A stretch of 64,000 nt of DNA from a virus: positions 2,841 through 66,840 of IMG/VR virus record IMGVR_UViG_2718218502_000001; one strand, 5' to 3'. Under the pieces are notes generated by a model that saw only the letters and a program-made list of their open reading frames with translations, did not search any database and was not told where the DNA came from. A program made the translations under genes and the position numbers. This document shows, in pieces, positions 17,582-26,600 of the stretch (positions are counted from its first letter, which is position 1; the number at the start of each line of letters is the position of its first letter).

Positions 17582-17847
17582 CGCTCATCCCTCCACTGTT
17601 TACAGTCCTCTAAGTATGCATCAATCCTTTTTTGAATCCCTATTTCGTTATACGGACCATAAGGCTCTTCTCCCCCTAACAAATCAACGATATCGATGTA
17701 ATTTGAATTTTGTAGCATATCGTGTTTTGCAATGTGATCGTACACACAACGCACTTCATTTTCGTCGTCCGCTTCTGTGTACATGTTAAACAAGGTTTGT
17801 GACGGATACAGCTGCATACGAGGTAAATACTTATATCCAGGTCTCAT
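17578..17847 (-). CDS. Hypothetical protein (paralog of 17279-17581)
   Basis: LYPSQTLFNMY motif; RBS AGGTGAGG. Confidence 0.75.
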   Translation of the reverse strand: MRPGYKYLPRMQLYPSQTLFNMYTEADDENEVRCVYDHIAKHDMLQNSNYIDIVDLLGGEEPYGPYNEIGIQKRIDAYLEDCKQWRDER

Positions 17848-18026
17848 TATTCCTCACCTTTCCCCTCTTGATGTCCTTAGTTCCACTTGGTATTCCTCGT
17901 GGTCTTAATATAGGTATATGACCTAGAGAACTATTTTTGCACGTCCACACCAATTTTTTTCTTTTTAGCCTGTACTATTTATAAAGGAGTTTATTTCTGC
18001 ATATAGAAAGTAAATTCTTGAGGTGA

Positions 18027-18233
18027 GTGTATATGAAGTTTAAATGTAGACTTAAAGTAATCTTTGCAGAACTTGATATTAAACAGAGTGATTTTGCAAA
18101 ACGTATTGGAGTTGACGACTCTACTCTTAGTGCAATTGTTCGTAATCGTACTAAACCTCGTTTTGATACGGCCTATCTAATCTGCAAAGAACTCGGTAAA
18201 CCAATTGAGGAGATCTGGACCATCGAGGAATAA
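18027..18233 (+). CDS. XRE/Cro HTH regulator
   Basis: IKQSDFAKRIGVDDSTLSAIVRN HTH; divergent from the FtsK operon. Confidence 0.88.
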   Translation: MYMKFKCRLKVIFAELDIKQSDFAKRIGVDDSTLSAIVRNRTKPRFDTAYLICKELGKPIEEIWTIEE

Positions 18234-18289
18234 TTCCTCCCCCTCCAGCCTTAATAAGTTTTTATTTTTATTTTCTTTTTACACTTGAC

Positions 18290-18840
18290 TTGTGCTTTCG
18301 ACTGACAATCATGGGATGAGGGTACAGGACAACGGCTAGGGCAGAGAATGACTACCTTACAACGCTTCAAAAATAAAAAGCGTTGTAAAGTAGACGTTCT
18401 GTCAATCATGGTCTATCGGGTTAAGGAATCCGTATAGTAACACCCTGTTTAAACGCTGTAATCTCTTACACAGCTGACTTTTTACAGATAAAGCTTGTCC
18501 TATCTGCAGAAAGAATCAGGAAAGGAAATGCACTACTGGCGTATCCTTCATTACTCGTAACCTATAATTCTTTCATTATCAGCTGCTACCCGTGCCGTAA
18601 CACGCCAAGCAACCGCCGTACCGTTAATGGCCGTACTCGCCTAGACTCCTAACAACGTAAACAAGGAAACGCTATTCGTTAGGACGCTTAACTTTCTGAC
18701 GTTGGCTTAGCTAACCTGTTCAAGTTTAACGAGTGTTAGGTCATTCCTCGTGTGGATCCTCCTCTTAGTTACCTAAAAAAGACAATAGGAAACTAGACCT
18801 CGTGTATATCTGTTTTTTCAAATGAAGATACTCACGAGGC
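18290..18840. other. ORF-free, GC-enriched, hairpin-rich region (ncRNA or single-strand origin candidate)
   Basis: Stems CTACCTTACAACGCTT/AAGCGTTGTAAAGTAG, CAGATA/TATCTG, CCTAAC/GTTAGG, CCTCGTG/CACGAGG. Confidence 0.5.
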
Positions 18841-19150
18841 TGGAGGTTGTCCGATATTTAGTTAAAGAAAGAGCTTATAGAACATGAGCTATAAGCATAT
18901 TGATAATGAATAAAACCGAAGCTACAGTATAAAAACCATAAAACCAAATACAATCAGATTTTGTTTCTAAACCGAAGTAATCGCTTATTTTTTGCATATA
19001 TACCGTTCCACCCTTCTCGTTTCATAAAAGTATGACTCTAGAAGTAAAACTTTGTTAGTGTTAATATATAACTCTAGGAGTCATACGTCAATAGTCTTTC
19101 GAAAAAAGTTTTACTTTGATATGTAAATTGTGTAAAATGTAAAGTAATAA

Positions 19151-19417
19151 ATGATCGGAATGAACGGAGGTATTACCATGAGTTCTATGGTATTCACTTT
19201 AGGAGAAACAATGGAGGAAATTGGGATTACCAAAAACAAGTTAGCAGTCGAATCAAAAGTTCGTCCAGCCACTATTAGTAATCTAGTTAATGGTGAGGTT
19301 GGTCTTGTACGTTTTGACACATTAAAGTCAATCCTGGATGCTTTAAATCAATTAGCTGAAGAAAACGGTGTTGATAAAACATACCGTATTGAAGACGTTG
19401 TACAGTACATAAAATAA
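19151..19417 (+). CDS. XRE HTH regulator
   Basis: ITKNKLAVESKVRPATISNLVNG HTH; probable start at the MSSMV ATG after RBS GGAGG. Confidence 0.85.
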   Translation: MIGMNGGITMSSMVFTLGETMEEIGITKNKLAVESKVRPATISNLVNGEVGLVRFDTLKSILDALNQLAEENGVDKTYRIEDVVQYIK

Positions 19418-19456
19418 ATGTACTGTTTTTGTTTATAGAAATATTTCTTAATACTC

Positions 19457-19465
19457 TGATATAAT
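19457..19465 (+). promoter_or_regulatory. Extended -10 SigA-type promoter for the 19494-21407 operon
   Basis: TGATATAAT. Confidence 0.5.
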
Positions 19466-19493
19466 TATTTAAAAATGGTAAAGGAGGAGAAAT

Positions 19494-19823
19494 ATGGAGA
19501 CAAAAACAACGGCAGACGGTAATACGTTTATCATTGAAGTGGATCAAAAAAATAGTTCCAGAAAAGAAAAATTCGCCCGTAAAACTTCATTGGTTTTCGG
19601 TATTTTTGGTATCATTTTTTCTGTTATTTTAGGTATCACAATAGTCGGGTTATTTTTCGCTATCCCACTGTTTCTTTTTGCATTAGGCCTTATATATGCA
19701 GCATTTGAAAAACAAGAAATACAGTGCCCTAACTGTAATCACAAACAAAGAATTACAAAAGGAAATGGGTATTTCGATTGTGGGAGCTGCAAGAAACGTA
19801 CTTTAGTAGAATGGAAAAATTAG
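19494..19823 (+). CDS. 2-TM membrane protein with C-terminal Zn ribbon
   Basis: Hydrophobic hairpin then CPNC...CGSC; RBS AAAGGAGG. Confidence 0.85.
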   Translation: METKTTADGNTFIIEVDQKNSSRKEKFARKTSLVFGIFGIIFSVILGITIVGLFFAIPLFLFALGLIYAAFEKQEIQCPNCNHKQRITKGNGYFDCGSCKKRTLVEWKN

Positions 19824-19855
19824 AAGTTTATAAACATGTTTAAAGGAGTGTACAT

Positions 19856-20053
19856 ATGACTTTAGATGTATTTTTATGGTCAGTAATAGCCAGCATAGTA
19901 GCCGCAGTTATTTTTGGAGGGGCTGCTACTTATAAGATTACAAATAGAAATAAAACAAAGAAAAAAATTAATCAAAAAGGAAATAACAATACAGCTTATA
20001 TGGATTCTACAGTCAATATAAACTCTGATAACAAGAACAAGGATGATAAATAG
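19856..20053 (+). CDS. Small single-TM protein with C-terminal curli-like motif
   Basis: N-terminal TM helix, basic linker, INQKGNNNTAYMDSTVNI; RBS AAAGGAG. Confidence 0.75.
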   Translation: MTLDVFLWSVIASIVAAVIFGGAATYKITNRNKTKKKINQKGNNNTAYMDSTVNINSDNKNKDDK

Positions 20054-21407
20054 TATGTTTGATAAAAGAGATACAATAGAACAATCAGGTAATAAAAACC
20101 TTGCTATTCAAAATTCACAAATAAATGTCGTTATTTCTATTTATGATGAAATAGATCGATTGATACGAAACGGAAAATTCATTGAAGTTGCAGAGCTTAT
20201 GAAACAAGTAAATAGTTTTATTGGAACTAAGCACCCTTTTTATCCACATTATCGTTATAAACCTGTTCAATTTGGGGACATAGTTATTTATGAACATGAA
20301 CCACTTACTTCCGAAGCTAAAGAAAAATATCCTTTATCTTTGAAGGGAACATTTAAAATCCCTAAAGAGAAATTAGATGGATATAACACTTTAGATGAAT
20401 TACTCGAGGATGCGTACTTTAAACAAGAGGAAATTGAAATAAATATGACTTCCTTAGCCACTTGGCTAGGTGATACCCTTGTTGAAACGCCGAATTTAGA
20501 TGCTTCTTTATCAAGCGCAAAGGCTAAATGGGTTATTTCACCAAAACCACTACCTGAACCGTTAAAGTTAAGTTTATATTTTAAAGGTAAAACAGATATC
20601 ACTATAATAGACTACTTAGAAATGGGTATTAGCGGTAAAGAGGACAATAAATTTATTCTCATTGATAACAGTAAACAAAAAAATACTAAGCTACTAGTAT
20701 CTCTTGTATTACCAATTAATTCAAATTCCGAAGGTGAATACATATCAATCCATGGTGCTACAATAAACTTGAAAATAAAAAGTGAGTTTCGAGGCAATGT
20801 GGAAGCACTGCGAAGCTTGCTTTATTTCTTTAAGCTAACCTCAGATAAAAGTAAAAAGCTTGCACTTAAAAACCTTCCAGAAAATAACGATTTTCTAATA
20901 GTATCGAGCGTTAGTTTTAACGGCGACATTACTGAAGTGGAAAAAGACTATCACTTTTTTGAGAGACTTTTTAAAGTAGAAAAGTACTATAATATTACTT
21001 TCACCGTACCAGAAATATTAAATCCAAACGATTGGGAAGCATTAGAAATACTAGAACATTCCATGGAAAACAAACCGATTATAAAGAAACTCAAAAAATT
21101 CACAGTAACATTCACAGAAAAAGAATCAGTCCAAAATATACTTAGCGTTTTCGATTCGGAAAAAATCGTCAAAAAGTTAATGTTTACAACGTCAGGACCT
21201 GAAGCTCGAATAGAATTTTTTAATGCAGTGATTCCAATAGAGAAAGTAGAAAATATATACAATAGTGTACAAATTGTTGATTTAGATCGGTTACATGGCA
21301 AATTGGAGTACATGGATGAAGGCGAAAGCATTAAGATAGTCTTTGTCCCCGGCGAAGACCCTGAATTTAAACAGTTGTATTATTTTAAAACTGCATCCGA
21401 AATTTAG
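20043..21407 (+). CDS. Hypothetical 454-aa protein with N-terminal curli-like motif; candidate anti-phage protein
   Basis: Overlaps the upstream stop; IEQSGNKNLAIQNSQINV; C-terminal part loosely recalls AbiGii_2-type proteins (unverified). Confidence 0.8.
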   Translation: MINSMFDKRDTIEQSGNKNLAIQNSQINVVISIYDEIDRLIRNGKFIEVAELMKQVNSFIGTKHPFYPHYRYKPVQFGDIVIYEHEPLTSEAKEKYPLSLKGTFKIPKEKLDGYNTLDELLEDAYFKQEEIEINMTSLATWLGDTLVETPNLDASLSSAKAKWVISPKPLPEPLKLSLYFKGKTDITIIDYLEMGISGKEDNKFILIDNSKQKNTKLLVSLVLPINSNSEGEYISIHGATINLKIKSEFRGNVEALRSLLYFFKLTSDKSKKLALKNLPENNDFLIVSSVSFNGDITEVEKDYHFFERLFKVEKYYNITFTVPEILNPNDWEALEILEHSMENKPIIKKLKKFTVTFTEKESVQNILSVFDSEKIVKKLMFTTSGPEARIEFFNAVIPIEKVENIYNSVQIVDLDRLHGKLEYMDEGESIKIVFVPGEDPEFKQLYYFKTASEI

Positions 21408-21480
21408 GAACATTTTCTATTTTATAAAACGATAAAATAACACTTCATATAATATGAGGTGTTATTTTCAAACTTTTAAA

Positions 21481-21494
21481 AGAACACTCGTTCG
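21481..21494 (+). promoter_or_regulatory. LexA (SOS/Cheo) box upstream of the yolD-like gene
   Basis: aGAACactcGTTCg versus consensus CGAAC-N4-GTTCG. Confidence 0.7.
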
Positions 21495-21532
21495 TATATA
21501 ATAGATATAAATTATACGAATCGGGGAACATC

Positions 21533-21886
21533 ATGGAAAAGCATAACTGGGGAACACCAAAATTACGCGGGAGAGGTATGGTGAAGTGGCAGCCTTTTGC
21601 CTCATTACCAGAACAGTTCGAAGGAATTAGAGAAATACTGAATGACTTGAATAAAGTGCCAAAACCAATTGTTACTGAGGATATGAAAGAACAACTGCAA
21701 ATCGGACTACTGCATTCTTTACAAAATAAAGAAGAAATACACATCTATTACTATCGTGACGGAATGGTGCACGACATGTACATAAATGTATTACATATCG
21801 AACCGATGACAAGAACTGTATATTGTACAGATGCGTTTGGTTCGAATACGGAGTTTAGGTTTGATGAATTGGTGAATATAAATTAA
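21533..21886 (+). CDS. YolD-like protein
   Basis: RGRGMVKWQPFASLPEQ YolD signature. Confidence 0.9.
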   Translation: MEKHNWGTPKLRGRGMVKWQPFASLPEQFEGIREILNDLNKVPKPIVTEDMKEQLQIGLLHSLQNKEEIHIYYYRDGMVHDMYINVLHIEPMTRTVYCTDAFGSNTEFRFDELVNIN

Positions 21887-21993
21887 ACAGTCCGCAATTT
21901 ATATAGTACGAGAAAATCACCTTACATTTCTCTCCTTTAATTGGTATGATTTTCTTAACGTACTAGAAGTCTTAAAGAGAAGGAGAATATTCA

Positions 21994-22212
21994 ATGTCTA
22001 TAAAAAAACAAGCAAACAAATTGCAGGACCGTCAATTGAAATATGTACTTACTAAATATATTATTCCTAATAAAGGATTGGATTTTAATGAAATTAGAAC
22101 TGAAGAAGAGTGGAATGATATTCAGGAAGGGTTGAAAAAATATCATAATCTTTCTGAAGATGAGCACATGGAATTATCCCTTTCAATTAAAAATGGTACT
22201 TACGAACTATAA
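21994..22212 (+). CDS. Hypothetical protein (moron)
   Basis: RBS AAGGAG; terminator GCCGCCC/GGACGGC follows. Confidence 0.7.
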   Translation: MSIKKQANKLQDRQLKYVLTKYIIPNKGLDFNEIRTEEEWNDIQEGLKKYHNLSEDEHMELSLSIKNGTYEL

Positions 22213-22269
22213 ACAAATAAGCCGCCCAACAGGACGGCTCTTATTTATGTTCATCAAACGATTCTTTTA

Positions 22270-23058
22270 TTAAGCTTGCACTTGATAAACTTCGCAATAC
22301 CAATCTTTATAATCTTTGAAATACCATGTGATAGCACCTAATTTATTACGGTCATCAACAGGCTCACATTGTAGATAGAAAATACCGTCTCCTTCATAAA
22401 CTAAGTTACCCTTCACTTTGAATTCAGCGAGTTTATCCATAATCTCTTGAGCTAAATTAATTCCTAATCCACCTGATTTCATTGTCCATTTCATTCTTTC
22501 TCCTCCTGTCGGTGGTGTGCTTGGTACTGATTGAATTGATTTACCGGTAATTACTTCAGCTACAGCTTTAGCAGCCTTATCAAAGTTGGCACGATATTTT
22601 TGCATATCTGTTTCATTATCAATAAAACAAATTTCAGGTAATAAACCAGTCTTTGTTTTATTAATCCAACCTAAATCTGTTGTTAATTTAATACCTCGGT
22701 CTCTCAATCCAAAAGCATCAGCCATTGCTTTTGAAATCTTTGCTGCTAATTCTCTATTCCCGTATGATGGGTGCAACCAAACTTCACAGCCCGTACCACC
22801 TGGAGAAGCATTTAAATGAAATTGTAAATCTACATCACTATCTTTCACTCGTAAGTGGTTATTTGCTGCATTGCTCCAAACAGCGGTTTGCGTTGTACCA
22901 ACTTCATCAGAACAATTCACATACTTCCATCCAGCTGCTTGTACATATTTTGCAACTGCATCAAGGAACTTTCTATCCTCCACATGCTCTTTCCCATAAA
23001 CACTATTTGCGCCTTGTACAATACTATTGTGGCCACCTGAACCTGCAAAACAACCCAT
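22270..23058 (-). CDS. Endolysin, N-acetylmuramoyl-L-alanine amidase (Amidase_3) plus cell-wall-binding domain
   Basis: GGHN, KEH, FHLNA, PEICF Zn/catalytic residues; follows the holin. Confidence 0.9.
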   Translation of the reverse strand: MGCFAGSGGHNSIVQGANSVYGKEHVEDRKFLDAVAKYVQAAGWKYVNCSDEVGTTQTAVWSNAANNHLRVKDSDVDLQFHLNASPGGTGCEVWLHPSYGNRELAAKISKAMADAFGLRDRGIKLTTDLGWINKTKTGLLPEICFIDNETDMQKYRANFDKAAKAVAEVITGKSIQSVPSTPPTGGERMKWTMKSGGLGINLAQEIMDKLAEFKVKGNLVYEGDGIFYLQCEPVDDRNKLGAITWYFKDYKDWYCEVYQVQA

Positions 23059-23074
23059 TACTCAACATCTCCTT

Positions 23075-23323
23075 TTAGTGTAAGTTATTTTTTTCTAATA
23101 CATCTTTTTGTTGTAATCCTTTGTTGCTCAAATAGTTGTTCTTCCAAGCCATATACAAAGTAAATGCTCCTGTAATTACGGCTACTAAATCGTTTGTAAT
23201 TTTGTCATCAATCGTTTGGTATCCAATCAGATTTAAGACACTATTAATCACAGCAATTACTAATACGACATAACGACTAATTGAAGCTGCATCAAAGTTC
23301 CCCATGCTCTCACCCCCTCTCAT
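23075..23323 (-). CDS. Holin (SPP1 family)
   Basis: ASISRYVVLVIAVIN...WKNN motif. Confidence 0.88.
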   Translation of the reverse strand: MRGGESMGNFDAASISRYVVLVIAVINSVLNLIGYQTIDDKITNDLVAVITGAFTLYMAWKNNYLSNKGLQQKDVLEKNNLH

Positions 23324-23613
23324 TTAAAGAAATTTAAAATATTAAATAATAAAAGGACTGCCAATGACAGTCCTGAAATCCACATCGATATATGTGCTTT
23401 TTTGTTACTTTCCAACTTTTCTTGCGCTAGTTTTAAGTCTCGTATTTCTCGATCACGGAATTTGAACATTTCATCAACTTCAGTCCTTTGCATATAATTT
23501 TTTTGATTGTAGTCTAGCTTTTCCTCGATTCGTTTAACTGCGGCGTTCATTGTTTGAAGATGCACTTCTAATTTCGCAATACGTTCGTACTCTTTTTGCT
23601 CCACCGCCATCAC
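23320..23613 (-). CDS. XhlA/BhlA-like lysis-associated membrane protein
   Basis: Coiled coil plus C-terminal TM; position before the holin. Confidence 0.75.
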   Translation of the reverse strand: MMAVEQKEYERIAKLEVHLQTMNAAVKRIEEKLDYNQKNYMQRTEVDEMFKFRDREIRDLKLAQEKLESNKKAHISMWISGLSLAVLLLFNILNFFK

Positions 23614-23642
23614 CCCTTTTTAGACAATAAAAAAAGACCAAC

Positions 23643-26600
23643 TTATCGCTGCTCTGGTTTTTCATTTATTAACTTTTGAACTATATCTTTCAGCTCAGCT
23701 ATATTGGTTTCGAGCGTTTCGATCCTTCTTTTTGATTGTGCGCTTTCTTCTTTCAATAACTTATACTCATCGTAAAACTGTTGGAAAGCTGCGATAAAAA
23801 GAGAAACAGTATTATATAAATTAATAGCGCGCTTCTCTTTATCGGTAAATACATCGTCCGTATCATCTGCTATCATACCGAAATAAGTTTCGATATCTTT
23901 TGTTGTATATGGTTCTGTTTGTTCTTCCGGCTTGTTCACACGCATTTGATACAGATCATACATGTCGTCCTTGAAGTTGTACTGTTTGATAGCTAAATTC
24001 ATGATTTTATCAAGAGCCGAGAAAGGAATATCTTTTATATTCTCTTTCATATTTCTAGCTGACGTAGGATTAAATGCTTTCGCCCACATTTGACCATTGG
24101 CATTTACATTTTCATTCGCTCGTAGCGTTCTTAATTCTATATCTCGCCATCCATTACCATACGTATCTTTAATTTGCAAACTTGTATCATAGCCTGATAC
24201 AAGACTTGCTCTTATCGTTAATCTTCCCATATTTAAATCGTGATCATTCACGCCATTGAGAAAGTATATACTGTTACCAGTACTTTTTCTATTAAAACGA
24301 AATTCACCATAGTCATTTTTAAAATAATGTGGCTCTGTTGTCGTCACCATAAATTTGCCGTATCCTGGTGCCCATCCCACTGAGTTAAAAACAATGTCAT
24401 TCAAATTATCAAAATATAATCTTCCGTCTGCATATGCATACAGATGTCCACCATCATTTTGCATATTAATATATGATGACCATATATTGGTACCTTCTGC
24501 ATTTTCTCCTTTAGAAACCCCAAATGTTGCATACGCTTTAGAGGGTTGATCAACTCCATTAATTCGCGGCATGACTTGATAAATATAAAATGACCCTGTA
24601 CCAGCGTATTTTCTATTATCAGAACCAAGGACTAATGCAGGTTGAATACTTCCATTATTTGTTTCCATAAATCCTATATAACCACGTGGCGTATCTGCAT
24701 CGAAAATCTTCATGTCTTGCTTATTTATTTCAACAAATCTGCTTCCGCTTGTTTTAAGTGTTACTCCTTCTAAAACTTGTCCTTTAATATGACTTGCTGT
24801 AATAAAACCTTTTAAGTTAATTCTGTTCGCATTCAAAGTAATGTTTTCTTTACTCATATTAAATGCTGCGATTACATCGTTTTCTTTTACAGATATACTA
24901 ACGCCCTTTTCAGTTAACTGAAGACGGGTTTCCATATCTCTTACATAAGAATCTTTTGCAAATTGTCCATTTGCTTGCTCTATTGTATATACTTCTGTCT
25001 TTTTTGCTGCAGCATTGATGCCCAGTTCATTGATAGTGAAACGGTTATCAATTAAAGTCATCTTCTGGTTAAATTGTTCAGTTGCAAGCTTATTAGCTAA
25101 TTCATCTAATAAATCTTGTTTATTTTGATTAACTGTCTGCTTCAACTCTGGAATCTTAAACCCCGCAACATAATCCTCTACTTGTTTAAGCTCAACTTTA
25201 CCTTCAAGTGCTTTCGCAGTATTTTCCCATCCAGCTTTCGCCTCTTGTAATTGTCTTCCTTGTTCTGTCTGCGTATTTTGTATTAAGGATACATTTTGTT
25301 TAATGGTAGTTGCATCTTTTTCTACAGTAGCAACACGCTTATCAAATCCACTTTGATTAGTTTCTACTTTTATTATTGTTTCTTTGATACCATCTACACT
25401 TTTCGTAATTTCATTGGTTTTCTTGGTGAATTCATCTGTTGTTACCTGCTCTTCAGGCGGTGATGTCCAATCCTGCGGCTTATTCCCTTTATACAAGGCA
25501 ACCCATTCCACAATAGATTTCGTAGCACTACTCGGATAGTTATATAAGCTTAACTTTCGTTCATTTCCACTTGTAGCTGCAACAGCTTTGAAGGTTACAT
25601 ACGTTATTCCATTAGCATAAACACTTGTTGCATATCCAACATTGCTAGACCCGCCATTCTGCCAAATTCCAAATTTCTGCCCTTGTGGGACACTCCCTTT
25701 AATTACAAAGGTATATTCCTCACCCGCAAAGAAATTTTCAGTTAGAGAATATTGATTGATTAGATAGTCTGTTTTTTCATATTTAACATTTGATTTTAAT
25801 AAAAGGTTACGTCCACCAGCTTTATCACTATTAACCTTTGTTTCTACACTCGTTAACTTCTCGCTGATTTTCCCAGCTTTTTCTTCTATTTCAGTAGTTG
25901 TTTTCTTTAGTTCACTTGTTGTTTGCTGCACATCAGAAATAGTCTTCTTTGTACCTTCTACAGTTTGTTCGACTGTATTTAATTTATTGCTAATATCATT
26001 ATCTTTTTTTGTTAACGATTCAATAGAAGTTTTAAATCCATTAGAATCCTGTTCAAACTTAGTTACTTTCTTATCAATTTCACCTTGTTTATTTTCGATA
26101 TTAGAAATTGTGCGGTTGACACCTTGTAAACCTTCCTGCACTTCGTTGAACTGTCCTGTCGCTTGATTTTGTGCTTCTTGAACCTTCTTGTTTAATTCTG
26201 TTTTTGTTGATTCAATATCTTTATTTACCTGCTCCAGTGTATCTTTTTTAATTGATTCTACATCAGGAACAACTGATTCCCAAGCTGCGCCTGTCCATAT
26301 TTTCAAAATACCAGGCTTTCCATTACTAATATCACGCCAAAGTGTTTTATAAGGTTTAAGTCCTGTTGTCGGTGGATTCTTAGCTTCAATGATGTCTACC
26401 GTGTTATTTTTAAGATTCTCTTGCACTTTTTCAGCCAATGTTTTCGCTGCTTCGGATTCTTTCTTAGCATTACTAGCTGTTTCATTTGCATCTTTCACTA
26501 ATTTATCTAGCTGATCCAGTATTTCTTGTTTCTCACCGAATTTACTAAGGATTCGATTGTAAATCTTTTTTAATTCCTCGTTTGGATCAGTAAGTTCACG

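Noticed and set aside
20043-21407. Firm assignment to AbiGii
   Set aside because: Only a loose remembered resemblance in the C-terminal third; needs an HMM search
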